DNA of 47,765 nucleotides, from positions 1 to 47,765 of the forward strand of contig CBDDTI010000287.1 of assembly GCA_965233585.1 (NCBI GenBank). Direction: 5' to 3'. The stretch is from a bacterium. Lineage in GTDB: Bacteria; SAR324; NAC60-12. This document shows, piece after piece, positions 22,102-34,483 of this stretch (the first letter of the stretch is position 1; the number at the start of each line of letters is the position of its first letter). Made by a program: the position numbers and the translations under genes. Below the pieces are notes generated by a model. The model was not told the origin of the DNA. It searched no databases and saw only the letters and a list, made by a program, of their open reading frames with translations.

Positions 22102-22828
22102 CTAGAACGACTTGAGGCCATTCCAGAAGAAGCTGAAGTGACACGGTTGGAACCACCAACCATTCTTCAAGATCTTCAACCACCGCCACAAGGAGCACTT
22201 CTCAGGGCGATCGCCCCGCCGTCTCCAGCTCCAGTGACTCCTTCACCGGCATTTGTGAGAAGGGTGTGAAACCAAACCGTGGATGAGCCTCTGGCCGAAC
22301 CAACACCAGTCTCGCGCACTTCCATAGCAGAACACAGACGTGAAGAGCCAAAGAGAAGAAAAGCCTCCTCTGCCACGGGTTCCAGTGGCACCTCCACTCC
22401 ACAGGCCTCCGGCCAGGTGAGGAAAAGAGTGAGCGACATGGAAGCCCAGAGGCTGGAGAGAGAGGCGCTCAAGTATCTGAGAGCATGGAAAAGGAGGAAA
22501 GAGCTAACCGCCAGAGAGCAGGAAGGCCAGGCCCCCCGGCCACTGTGGCAGCCTCCTCCTCTTCACCTCCAGCAGCTGAACAGGAGGAAGCAAGAGGTGA
22601 TGAAGAAGATGACGCCAACCTATGATCTACCCTAGAGGAATTGATCATCCACGAGAACCTCTCCTGCTTCTCTCTGTCTGAACAGCCAAGTGAAGATGGC
22701 AGCATTTCTCTGCTAGCAAAACCAGCCAAGAACTCTGAGTTCAACAGTTCAACATGTAGGGGGCAGCTCCCGAGGAGCGACTCGGCTTCAAAGAGTCCGA
22801 TGGCTCCGAGTGGAACTCCATCCTTGGT

Positions 22829-24984
22829 ATGAAGGCTGTGCGCGTCTTGAGTAAGGCAGAATCAAAGAAGATTCTCAATCAGTGCCCAGACCGAGTGGTG
22901 TCAAGTCGATTCAAGTCGCATGATCTGAAGAAAGAAGCCAGTGCCAGGGTTGGAGCCTACAAATTCAAGAGCCGTTGGCGCATTCACGGTCATCAAGACC
23001 TGACACCGGAACCTTTGAGGTATTCTGGAGCGATCACCATTTTTTTAAGGTCTCCCCCAACAAGTTTTTATCAGTGTGCTTTCTGGATGTGAAGAACGCT
23101 TTCTGCCAGTCAAATGCTTTGAAAAGACCAAAAGGAAAACTATATGCCAAGCCATGCGAGGGACTAGATGTCGATCCAGAATGCCTGATCGAAATCATTG
23201 CACCGATCTACGGGCTCGACGACGCGCCCCTACTTTGGCATCACACCCTTTTGGAGTTTTTCGAGCAGTTGGGTTTCCAGAGGACGCTCCTAGAACCCTG
23301 CTGGCTGGTCAAGCGTGACGAGAACGGCAAAATTTTCGCCCATGTTCTCATAGAAGTGGATGACCTGAACTTTGGTGTGACAGACCACTACCTCCCCGTC
23401 TTGAAGAAGACATTGGTGGACCGATTCGCCTTTGGTAAGATGGAGTTTAACGAGGCAGATTTTGCAGGCAGACATTTGAAGGTTGAGCAGAACAGTACAT
23501 TTTGGAAAAGATCTTCCCTCACAAACTTTCAAAGGGAAAGCTCTCTGATAAGTCAGCTATATAGACTTTCAGCAGAAGATTTTGAAGTCTACAGGTCTCT
23601 CCTCTATCGCGTGACCTGGGTTGCACGTCAAATCAGGCCTGAGGCAGCAGGAGTGGTAAGCTTGCTTGCCTCTAGGCTACAACATGCCACAGTTCACGAC
23701 TTGGCCTGTCTCAACAGGATGGCCGTGCACTTGAGAAACACAGCCAGGCAACCTCTTGTCCTGCACCAATTTGATTCAAGCTCCATGATCTTTGTTGCAG
23801 CCTCTGACGCGGGCGGAATAGATGGGAAGCCAATCTTAGCTAGGTTCAAGATAGGTGGTAGAGGCCTTAAGTAAGATCCAAACATGTCTGGTACGTACGG
23901 CTGGTAGGTTTGGTTTTCTTGGTACGGTACGGTTGGTACATGTGGTACGGTACAGTTGGTACGGTTGGTACGCTTGATAAGGTACGTTTGGTACACTTAC
24001 CAACCGTACCGACCGTACCAACCGTACCAGTGAAACCGTACCACCGTACCGTACCAGATTAAGGGGGGGTCAAGGGGGGGGCGTTTTGGATGTACCAATA
24101 CTACCAAAACGCCCCCCCCTTGACCCCCCCCTTAATCTGGTACGGTACGGTGGTACGGTTTCACTGGTACGGTCGGTACGGTTGGTAAGTGTACCAAACG
24201 TACCTTATTAAGCGTACCAAGCGTACCTACCCAAAGCGTACCAAGCGTACCAAGCGCACCAAGCGTACCAAGCTTAGCGTACCTATCTTATAGCTGGATA
24301 TCAAGCACCTATCTTGAACTTAGATAAAGCCAATCTTCAACAATTCAGAAGACACAGTTCAAGGGGCGTGTGTCATCTTGGCAACAGGATCTATGCCTAA
24401 CGAAAGTGAAAGCCTCTGTTTTGCCGCGGAGATCCGCAAAGCTGCGTAGGAGAGTAGCTTCCATCTTAGCAGGAGAGGCCTTGTCTGTTTCCCAAGGCCT
24501 TGGAGAGCTGGAGTGGCTACAAATCATGTTTCAGGACGTGGTCCTTGGGAACGTCTCCCGAAGCGACTGGAAATCTTCCCTCAGCCCTTTCCTGGCTGTC
24601 ATGAAAGAAGACTGTGTCCTACAGAACCGGCTAGAGCAGTGCGAAGTCACTGACGCTCAGAGCCTCTTTGACAACTTGAAGAAGCAATCTCCCACTAGCC
24701 GTCAAGGCAGAAGGAGATCCAGTGAATTAGCGATCATCATAGAGTCCTTGCGGAAGTCAAAGTCATGTCTCCGTTGGTGCCCTCATCCCCGACTGATTGC
24801 TGATGCTTTGACGAAGGATGACATAGGCACGTCAAATGGAGGCTTGGAGGAATTGCTGAGAACCTCCAGGTTCTGCTGGTGGCACGAAGATGATGAGTTA
24901 GCGCGGAGCAAGTTAGATCCACATTCGAAAGGCCGATCAAAACGAGCCTCAACCAAACTATCAGCTGCGAGAGGATGTTCATGA
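22829..24984 (+). pseudogene. pol: Copia RT/RNase H pseudogene, frameshifted and interrupted at 23837-24326
   Basis: FKSRWRIHGHQD, LDVKNAFCQ, IYGLDDAPLLW, IEVDD, ASDAGG, SILAGEA, VTDAQSLFD, LIADALTK. Confidence 0.9.
23837..24326. mobile_element. 490-bp foldback/MITE with 21-bp TIRs and 10-bp TSD (Mutator-like)
   Basis: TIRs TAGCTAGGTTCAAGATAGGTG / CACCTATCTTGAACTTAGATA match at 19/21. TSD AAGCCAATCT at 23827-23836 and 24327-24336. Removing it restores DGKPIFNNSEDTVQGACVILA. Confidence 0.92.
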
Positions 24985-25004
24985 CAACAAGAAGTTTGGG
25001 GAGC

Positions 25005-25195
25005 TGTTGAATCTAACCACCAGTCATGATCCCAATGCTGTTTCCACTTGTCAGAGCCACTGCACGATGTCAGGTGTTGCTTCCTCCTGTCATGATCATC
25101 CCACATTCATAGCCTCAAGCCCATAGACTCCGCCCTGTCACTGCGAGCAACTGTTGGATGGAAAAGGCGCTTCGCGGGCCTCTTGCCACTTCTCA
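25005..25195 (+). repeat. Candidate 3' LTR of the second copia (191 bp, TG...CA)
   Basis: Follows the RNase H stop and GGGGAGC. Starts TGTTGAATCTAACC (cf. TGTGAATTCTAACC in element 1). Ends CA exactly where the host heptamer tract resumes. No partner LTR is present. Confidence 0.6.
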
Positions 25196-25760
25196 AGTGT
25201 AAAGTGTAGAGTCTGGAGTGTAAAATGTGGAGTGTGGAGTGCGGAGTGTAAAGTAAGGAGTGTGGAGTGTAAAGTAAGGAGTGTGGAGCGTAAAGTGTGG
25301 AGTGTGGAGTGTAAAGTGTAGAGTGTGGAGTGTGGAGTGTGGAGTGTGAAGTGTGGAGTGTAGAGTGTGGAGTGTAGAGTGTGGAGTGTAGAGTGTAGAG
25401 CACGCAATGCGACACGTCTGAAGTGCTGCACCTGCCACGCAAAATGACGATGGAGTCTCCAAAGTGCCGCGCCTGCCACGAGAATTGCAACTCATCGTGT
25501 GGAAACGACGCAAAAGTATTGCGCCCGAGCCTGCCACACCAAACGACTTTCGGCACGTTATCAAGCAGGTTGGAATGTCACAAAGAGCCACGCCTGCCAC
25601 GCAAAACGACATGACAACCTGCTTGGAAACATTCAGAAAGGAGAGGTGTTACAGCTTCCCCCATAGACACGGCGAGGCCACAGGGAAACTAGAGACTCGA
25701 GACGAGACATGTTGGAGCATCAAGACGAGCATTTCGTGCGAGACCCCCTCAAATTTTCAC
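25196..25760. repeat. Right part of the heptamer-tract dispersed repeat with CCTGCCAC subrepeats
   Basis: Heptamer tract to ~25400, then recurring CCTGCCAC(GCAAAA) units. Duplicated at 34854-35431. Confidence 0.8.
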
Positions 25761-26451
25761 ATGGTGGAGAATCATGCCTTCAAAAAGGTGCTTAGCATGC
25801 CTTATGGACCTTTTTTGACGAGAGATTTTGCACCTGAAAAAGCACCTCTGCCATGCTTAAACACAATGGCAGTGAAGGACGGACATGGTGGAGAACCATG
25901 CCCCGAAAGGTGCTTAACATGCCTTGCGGATCCCTATTGAAAAGAGATTTGGCCGGAAAAAGGGCCTCCGCCAGGCTTACCAGATCACTGTTGAAGACAT
26001 GAGAGTTAGCAACTGCACCCCCGCCACGCTTAAGCACCATGCCCCGGAAAGGCGCCTAACGTGCTGGACCCCTAGTGAAAAGGAATCTGGCAGCTGAAAA
26101 AGCACCTCCGCCAGGCTTACCACATCACTGAAGGCGTTGACGACATTAGATTTGGCAACTGAAAAAGCACCTCCGCCACACTCAAACACCGTAGCAGTGA
26201 AGGACGGACATTCTGGCTCAACTGAAAAGAGATGTGGCCACCAAAAGAGCACCTCCGCCGCGCATTCGCCACGCATTCGCCACGCATAAACAACATGGCA
26301 CCGGAGGACAAACATGGTGTTGTTGCTGTGGTTGTTGTTGTTGCTGTTCTGTTGTAGTGGTGGTGGTTGTGGTTGTCGTCGTTGTCGTCAACAACGTTTG
26401 TGACTCCTAGTCTCTGTGCGCGCTCCCCCTTGCTGTCGGCCGGGTCGGCGG
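25761..26451. repeat. Dispersed repeat with AAAAGCACCTC subrepeats, (GTT)n and GC-rich end abutting (TA)n
   Basis: AAAAGCACCTC(C/T)GCC variants at ~25838, 25959, 26098, 26163 and 26244. Ends GGCCGGGTCGGCGGA-(TA)n. Confidence 0.6.
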
Positions 26452-26577
26452 ATATATATATATAATGTTTGCATCTGATTAGTGTGAGGGGCCCCCCCCA
26501 AACAATTTGAGGATACTCTATAACTCGCACTTTTTTTTGCCCCCCCTCAACTTTTTTTGGTCAATCAACTTAAGAAA

Positions 26578-26931
26578 GGATTTCAATTTACTTTCAATTG
26601 ATTTCAATTTACTTCAATTGATTTCAATTTACTTTTAATTTACTTTCAATTTACTTTCAATTGATTTCAATTTACTTTTAATTCACTTTCAATTTACTTT
26701 CAATTTACTTTCAATTGATTTCAATTTACTTTTAATTTACGTTCAATTTACTTTCAATTGATTTCAATTTATTTTTAATTTACTTTCAATTTACTTTCAA
26801 TTGATTTCAATTTATATACTTTTAATTTAATTTCAATTGATTTCAATTTACTTTTAATTTACTTTCTATTTACTTTCAATTGAATTCAATTTACTTTCAC
26901 TTGATTTCAATTTACTTTTAATTTACTTTCA
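26578..26931. repeat. AT-rich 10-11 bp minisatellite (TTTCAATTTAC / TTTCAATTGA)
   Basis: Direct tandem units. Confidence 0.92.
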
Positions 26932-29900
26932 TTTTTTCACTCCAAAAAGTTGGTGTTCACAATAGAGTACCATCCAAACAATTATATTATTGAGTAACTG
27001 AGCCACTCATGAGGTACCCCCTTGAAAAATTGTCTGGATGCTGCTTTTTAATAAGGGTTTAATAAGGCATCTAATTATTTGGGAAACCTTGCATTTTAAA
27101 GTTTTAACACAACTATGGCTTTCTAAAGTGAAAGGACCAGCTTTACCCAAAGAAAGGTGGAGAAAGGGTTTCGTTTCTTTTTTCACTCCAAAAAGTTGGT
27201 GCTCACAATAGAGTACCATCCAAACAATTATATTATTCAGTAACTGAGCCACTCAGGAGGTACCCCTTTGAAAAATTGTCTGGATGCTGTTTTTTAATAA
27301 GGGTTTAATAAGGCATCTAATTATTTGGAAAACCGTGCATTTTAAAGTTTTAACACAACTATGGCTTTCTAAAGTAAGGGGCCAGCTTTACCCAAAGAAA
27401 GGTGGAGAAAGGGTTTTGCTTTTTTTTTCACTCCCAAAAGTTGGTGCTCAAAATAGAGTACCATCCAAACAATTATATTATTCAGTAACTGAGCCACTCA
27501 TGAGGTACCCCCTTGAAAAATTGTCTGGGTGCTGTTTTTGATAAGGGTTTAATAAGGCATCTAATTATTTGGAAAACCTTGCATTTTAAAGTTTTAACAC
27601 AAATATGGCTTTCTAAAGTAAAGGGACCAGCTTTACCCAAAGAAAGGTGGAGAAAGGGTTTTGCTTTTTTTCACTCCCAAAAGTTGGTGCTCACAATAGA
27701 GTACCATCCAAACAATTATGTTATTGAGTAACTGGGCCACTCATGAGGTACCCCCTTGAAAAATTGTCTGGGTGCTGTTTTTTAATAAGGGTTTAATAAG
27801 GCATCTAATTATTTGGGAAACCTTGCAGTTTAAAGCTTTAACACAACTATGGCTTTCTACAGTAAAGGGGCCAGCTTTACCCAAAGAAAGGTGGAGAAAG
27901 GGTTTTGCTTTTTTTTCACTCCCAAAAGTTGGTGCTCACAATAGAGTACAATCCAAACAATTATATTATTGAGTAACTGAGCCACTCATGAGGTACCCCC
28001 TTGAAAAATTGTTTGGATGCTGTTTTTCAAATAAGGGTTTAATAAGGCATCTAATTACTTGGGAAACCTCGCATTTTAAAAGCTTTAACACAAATATGGC
28101 TTTCTAAAGTGAAAGGACCAGCTTTACCCAAAGAAAGGTGGAGAAATGGTTTTGTTTCTTTTTTCACTCCAAAAAGTTGGTGCTCACAATAGAGTGCCAT
28201 CCAAACAATTATATTATTCAGTAACTGAGCCACTCATGAGGTACCCCTTTGAAAAATTGTCTGGATGCTGTTTTTAAATAAGGGTTTAATAAGGCATCTA
28301 ATTATTTGGGAAACCTTGCATTTTAAAGTTTTAACACAACTATGGTTTTCTACAGTAAAGGGGCCAGCTTTACCCAAAGAAAGGTGGAGAAAGGGTTTTG
28401 CTTTTTTTTCACTCCCAAAAGTTGGTGCTCACAATAGAGTACCATCCAGGCAATTATATTATTGAGCAACTGAGCCACTCATGAGGTATCCCCTTGAAAA
28501 ATTGTCTGGGTACTGTTTTTTAATAAGGGTTTCATAAGGCATCTAATTATTTGGAAAAACCTTGCATTTTAAAAGCTGTAACACGAATATGGCTTTCTAA
28601 AGTGAAAGGACCAGCTTTACCCAAAGAAAGGTGGAGAAAGGGTTTTGCTTTTTTTCACTCCCAAAAGTTGGTGCTCACAATAGAGTACCATCCAGGCAAT
28701 TATATTATTGAGCAACTGAGCCACTCATGAGGTATCCCCTTGAAAAATTGTCTGGGTACTGTTTTTTAATAAGGGTTTCATAAGGCATCTAATTATTTGG
28801 AAAAACCTTGCATTTTAAAAGCTGTAACACGAATATGGCTTTCTAAAGTGAAAGGACCAGCTTTACCCAAAGAAAGGTGGAGAAAGGGTTTTGTTTTTTT
28901 CACTCCCAAAAGTTGGTGCTCACAATAGAGTACCATGCAAACAGTTATATTATTGAGTAACTGAGCCACTCATGAGGTATCCCCTTGAAAAAATGTCTGG
29001 GTGCTGTTTTTTAATAAGTGTTTAATAAGGCATCTAATTATTTGGAAAACCTTGCATTTTAAAGTTTTAACACAAATATGGTTTTCTACAGTAAAGGGAC
29101 CAGCTTTACCCAAAGAAAGGTGGAGAAAGGGTTTTGCTTTTTTTTCACTCCCAAAAGTTGGTGCTCACAATAGAGTACCATCCAAACAACTATATTATTG
29201 AGTAACTGAGCCACTCATGAGGTACCCCCTTGAAAAATTGTCTGGGTGCTGTTTTTTAATAAGGGTTTAATAAGGCATCTAATTATTTGGGAAACCTTGC
29301 ATTTTAAAGCTTTAACACAACTATGGCTTTCTACAGTAAAGGGGCCAGCTTTACCCAAAGAAAGGTGGAGAAAGGGTTTTGCTTTTTTTTCACTCCCAAA
29401 AGTTGGTGCTCACAATAGAGTACCATCCAAACAATTATATTATTGAGTAACTGGTCCACTCATGAGGTACACCCTTGAAAAATTGTCTGGATGCTGTTTT
29501 TTAATAAGGGTTTAATAAGGCATCTAATTATTTGGAAAACATTGCATTTTAAAGTTTTAACACAACTATGGCTTTCTAAAGTGAAAGGACCAGCTTTACC
29601 CAAAGAAAGGTGGAGAAAGGGTTTCGTTTTTTTTTCACTCCTCATGAGGTTCCTCTTTGAAAAATTGTCTGGATGCTGTTTTTTTAATAAGGGTTTAATA
29701 AGGCATCTAATTATTTGGAAAACCTTGCATTTTAAAGTTTTAACACAAATATGGCTTTCTAAAGTAAAGGGACCAGCTTTACCCAAAGAAAGGTGGAGAA
29801 AGGGTTTTGTTTTTTTTCACTCCCAAAAGTTGGTGCTCACAATAGAGTACCATCCAAACAATTATATTATTCAGTAACTGAGCCACTCATGAGGTACACC

Positions 29901-31425
29901 TTTGAAAAATTGTCTGGGTGCTGTTTTTTAATAAGGGTTTAATAAGGCATCTAATTATTTGGAAAACCTTGCATTTTAAAGTTTTAACACAAATATGGCT
30001 TTCTAAAGTAAAGGGACCAGCTTTACCCAAAGAAAGGTGGAGAAAGGGTTTTGCTTTTTTTTCACTCCCAAAAGTTGGTGCTCACAATAGAGTACCGTCC
30101 AAACAAGTATGTTATTGAGTAACTGGGCCACTCATGAGGTACCCCCTTGAAAAATTGTCTGGGTGCTGTTTTTTAATAAGGGTTTAATAAGGCATCTAAT
30201 TATTTGGGAAACCTTGCATTTTAAAGCTTTAACACAACTATGGCTTTCTACAGTAAAGGGGCCAGCTTTACCCAAAGAAAGGTGGAGAAAGGGTTTTGCT
30301 TTTTTTTCACTCCCAAAAGTTGGTGCTCACAATAGAGTACAATCCAAACAATTATATTATTGAGTAACTGAGCCACTCATGAGGTACCCCCTTGAAAAAT
30401 TGTTTGGATGCTGTTTTTTAAATAAGGGTTTAATAAGGCATCTAATTACTTGGGAAACCTCGCATTTTAAAAGCTTTAACACAAATATGGCTTTCTAAAG
30501 TGAAAGGACCAGCTTTACCCAAAGAAAGGTGGAGAAATGGTTTTGTTTCTTTTTTCACTCCAAAAAGTTGGTGCTCACAATAGAGTGCCATCCAAACAAT
30601 TATATTATTCAGTAACTGAGCCACTCATGAGGTACCCCTTTGAAAAATTGTCTGGATGCTGTTTTTAAATAAGGGTTTAATAAGGCATCTAATTATTTGG
30701 GAAACCTTGCATTTTAAAGTTTTAACACAACTATGGTTTTCTACAGTAAAGGGGCCAGCTTTACCCAAAGAAAGGTGGAGAAAGGGTTTTGCTTTTTTTT
30801 CACTCCCAAAAGTTGGTGCTCACAATAGAGTACCATCCAGGCAATTATATTATTGAGGAACTGAGCCACTCATGAGGTATCCCTTTGAAAAATTGTCTGG
30901 GCACTGTTTTTTAATAAGGGTTTCATAAGGCATCTAATTATTTGGAAAAACCTTGCATTTTAAAAGCTGTAACACGAATATGGCTTTCTAAAGTGAAAGG
31001 ACCAGCTTTACCCAAAGAAAGGTGGAGAAAGGGTTTTGTTTTTTTTCACTCCCAAAAGTTGGTGCTCACAATAGAGTACCATGCAAACAGTTATATTATT
31101 GAGTAACTGAGCCACTCATGGGGTATCCCCTTGAAAATTGTCTGGGTGCTGTTTTTAAATAAGGGTTTAATAAGGCATCTAATTATTTGGAAAAACCTTG
31201 CATTTTAAAAGCTTTAACACAAATATGGTTTTCTACAGTAAAGGGGCCAGCTTTACCCAAAGAAAGGTGGAGAAAGGGTTTTATTTTTTTCACTCCCAAA
31301 AGTTAGTGCTCACAATAGAGTACCATCCAGACAATTATATTGTTGAGTAACAGAGCCACCCATGAGGTACTTTTGAAAAATTGTCTCGATGTTTTTTTAA
31401 ATAAGGGTTTGATAAGGCATCTAAA
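26932..31425. repeat. 245-bp satellite array, ~18 monomers, with one ~182-bp deleted monomer
   Basis: Equivalent ORFs at 29001, 29246 and 29491 give period 245. Variant series repeats at offset 2391. Confidence 0.97.
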
Positions 31426-32511
31426 ATAAAATCAAAAATAAACATAAATAGAAAAATAATTTAAAAAAATAAAGTTAATTAAAGCATTTGGAAAAAATAA
31501 AAATTGAAAAAAACAATCTGGAAAAAAAATCTCACAATAGAGGCCCCCTTCCCACAATTAGCATGTGCTGAATTAGGAGCAAGAAATTTCTCACAATAGG
31601 GTACCATCTCTTTAATCGGGTGCAAACATTATATATATGTTATTTCCTAATTATATAATGCATATACATATATACATATATACATATATACATATATATA
31701 TATATACACGTGCATGTACTTGCATGTGCTCTCTCATAAATGAACGCTTCATCTTGATTAGGTTTGATCTGTTTCGCCGCTGCGCAGAGTGCTGAAAGTA
31801 CTTCGCGGTCGGCGTGCCGGTGCACCAACAGCACTTCTGGAGTTTGAAGACTTTGTCATTTTCAAAATAATGAATGAATTGTTCAGGTGTAAACACCCTC
31901 TGGACCTAAATGTGATCCTGCTTGCTTGAAATATCGTGGAATACTTGCATGGAGGCGGTTGGATAGCAGCAGTCCATTCTGCGGCCCTGCTCCCTTACAA
32001 GCCAAATATCGCTTGATGCGGATTGATTTTTAAGATGTCATGCTGGGCCATGGTCTCTGCAGCGTTTCAAAACCACGGCTTGCAAACAGATTGAAACCAG
32101 TGACTGCTATAGCCCACCAGCCACCAAGTGATGCAAATGCAAACGTAATAATTATAACGTAACTGTATATATTTGCACCGTACATATGTGTGCGTGCGTA
32201 CTTGTATGTGTTTTACCATGATGATATACAATAATTCTGTGGATCGCAAGAACACGATTGTAAGCTCAAACGCCGGTTGCAAACAGATAATAGACAACAG
32301 ATTGAGAATGATTCAGCAGTGATGTTTCAGGGTTGCACTTGGTTGGCACGCCCAAGTGAAGGAATATAATTACTGGAGGTCAATTGCCATGACCTGCAGC
32401 GAAATATTTCACAACGGCGAAAACTTTGACATTTTAGCTGCCTGTCTGGATTTATGCACAATGCCAGACGCGCTGCAACAAAGAAGCTTTTGTGACAGCA
32501 ACTGGACTGAG

Positions 32512-32669
32512 GTCGGGGGTATCTCCGCAGACAGGCCCACCGCAACATGCTCACCTGAACACACCCTTTTTGAAGCCAGCGAGCTGCTTCAGTCTACAGG
32601 GCGAACAGCGGCGGTTATACTGGATAGTGAGCAATCTGTTCTTGGAGTTCTCACTGAGAATGACATGCT
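32512..32669 (+). CDS. Exon of CBS-domain protein (copy A, exon i)
   Basis: AG|G acceptor. Reads VGGISADRPTATCSPEHTLFEASELLQSTGRTAAVILDSEQSVLGVLTENDM, with a CBS GxLTxxD motif. GC donor at 32670. Confidence 0.75.
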
Positions 32670-32856
32670 GCCTCTCGTCATCTCTTGAAATGTCATGAGC
32701 GGCTCAGATGGTTTCAAGCGGCAAAGGATCCTGAGCACATCAAAGGCAAACTTTTGCAATCACTTGATTCAATGCTCTTGTTTTTCTACTTCAAACCTTG
32801 GTGGTACTGATGTCGAAAAGAACCGACACTCACCTAGTCAGAAACTTTGCACTGAG

Positions 32857-32920
32857 GTTGGCCTTCATTGACGGCGTAAGTTCCACGTGTACAGTGAGCC
32901 AGTGGCTTCATGGTGGAGAG
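32857..32920 (+). CDS. Exon of CBS-domain protein (copy A, exon ii)
   Basis: ACTGAG|G acceptor, phase-compatible with exon i. Reads LAFIDGVSSTCTVSQWLHGGE. GA donor at 32921. Confidence 0.65.
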
Positions 32921-33121
32921 GACAGATTGTATATGATTACGTCAGCCGTCAGACTGTGTTGGATTATCATTAATCCCTTGAATATTATTGCTCAGCTAGC
33001 GCATGTGTGTTTTTGTTATACATTGCTCACTTTTGCCTCTTTGGGGTTGGTTTCGACATGGGACGCTGTGATTTGCCGTCACCACATACGCGATGTCCGT
33101 ATGAACTCCAATCATTTTCAG

Positions 33122-33208
33122 GCGCGACTACCGAGTTTCTTGATTTCACCTTTGACACTACGTCCTGATGTGCCCTTGGTCGAAGCAGCTTTGAGAATGG
33201 CTACAATG
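33122..33208 (+). CDS. Exon of CBS-domain protein (copy A, exon iii)
   Basis: TTTCAG|G acceptor. Reads ARLPSFLISPLTLRPDVPLVEAALRMATM, the start of the next CBS repeat. GT donor at 33209 (alternative at 33216). Confidence 0.68.
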
Positions 33209-33787
33209 GTCAAAGGTGGGGCTCCAAGGAGCTGAGCTGAAGATTAAAAAAAAAACGGCACAACAATGCAGAACAACAATGCCGCAACATTTGGTAAACA
33301 AACGCTGAACATTGCTGACTGATTACGATGTGACAGAATTCGGCAGAGCCCCGCAAGTTTCGCACAGTAGAAACCTGTCAAACGGAGTCAAGGGGAAGAA
33401 CATTTGTTTTCATTCGATGTTGTGTGCCGCCATGGTGTGTTAGATTCTCCTTGCAGGCTCATGATTTCTCCTGAGAACTGATTCTTGCCATTTGATTTTC
33501 AGAGGCATAGATTCTTGTTGTATCATGTTGTATCACGTTATATCAAAAAATAGAATTGCATGAATAAGATAGAAATCCGGAATCTGGGCAAAATATACCT
33601 CCCTACAGCATGTCGGGTGCAGCAAAAGTTGAAAAGCTGGTTGCTGAACAAAACCTGCCATTTTGTATGGAGAAATGTTTGCTTGCCCCCATTCAGTCTG
33701 TAGGCTTTATTGCAAGGGCCCGGGGTTTATAGCGATAAGAAGCGGGCTCTGATTTCAACCGGGATATAGTTACAATTACTTAGTTAC

Positions 33788-33960
33788 ATAAGCGAAGGAA
33801 GTTAAGAAGCAAACTTCCAATAATATGGACGGATGGAATATCAGAGGTGGGAAGTGGGAAGAGCCAGAGAAGAGAAATGAAGATAATGAAGAAGAAAGAA
33901 AATCAGGGAATCGAGAAAGAGTCAGAAGAAAGAAGATCCAGGTTCGCGAAAAAGTAGAGT
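33788..33960 (+). repeat. Purine-rich 5' fragment of a dispersed repeat
   Basis: CGAAGGAAGTTAAGAAGCAAACTTCC hairpin-like start, then a GA-rich tract ending abruptly at ~33960. Confidence 0.45.
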
Positions 33961-34483
33961 CATTAAAGAGCCCTGGGCTACTCCTAACAGGGCTACTCCT
34001 AAGAGTTGCTATCCTTTCAAAAAATATCTTTGAAAATTCCAAAAAATTCGCGAAAAAATCTAAACAAAAAATATCCAAAAAATAAAAAACTTACAAAAAG
34101 TCAATCCAACAAATCCACCAAAAAAAATCAAACCTTGAAGGAACAGCAAACAAAAAAGGTCCCAAAAAGAAACAACAAGTTGAAAGGAAAAATCCAAAAA
34201 GTTCAACAAAAAAATCTTCAATCGTTTTATCCAGCACAACTTTCAGGTCATTGCACTTACTGAGCCAAAACTGATGTTTGGCTCAAGATCCGCCACTGCA
34301 AAAAAAAAGAGCGTTGCTGCTCTGCAGTTAGCTGTCGTTTGAAGCCTACAAAGTTAGGTTATCAGCCGTAGGCTCTCCCGTGCTGTTTGCCATTGCTGCT
34401 TCGCTTCATCATCCGTTTGCTGTTTGATCACTGGTTGCTTGTGGCTTGGTCCTTTGTCTCTTGGCTGCAACCTCGGAGGTTGC

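Larger units (their letters stand above)
20727..25195 (+). mobile_element. Decayed, 5'-truncated copia LTR retrotransposon with DNMT remnant; integrase deleted
   Basis: In order: Zn-finger motif, DNMT remnant, linker, frameshifted RT and RNase H, candidate 3' LTR. No 5' LTR, gag, PR or IN is recognisable. Confidence 0.85.
26464..31630. mobile_element. TIR-bounded non-autonomous element in (TA)n carrying a 245-bp satellite array (copy A)
   Basis: TIRs AATGTTTGCATCTGATTA / TAATCGGGTGCAAACATT match at 16/18. TA-repeat on both flanks. Confidence 0.75.
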
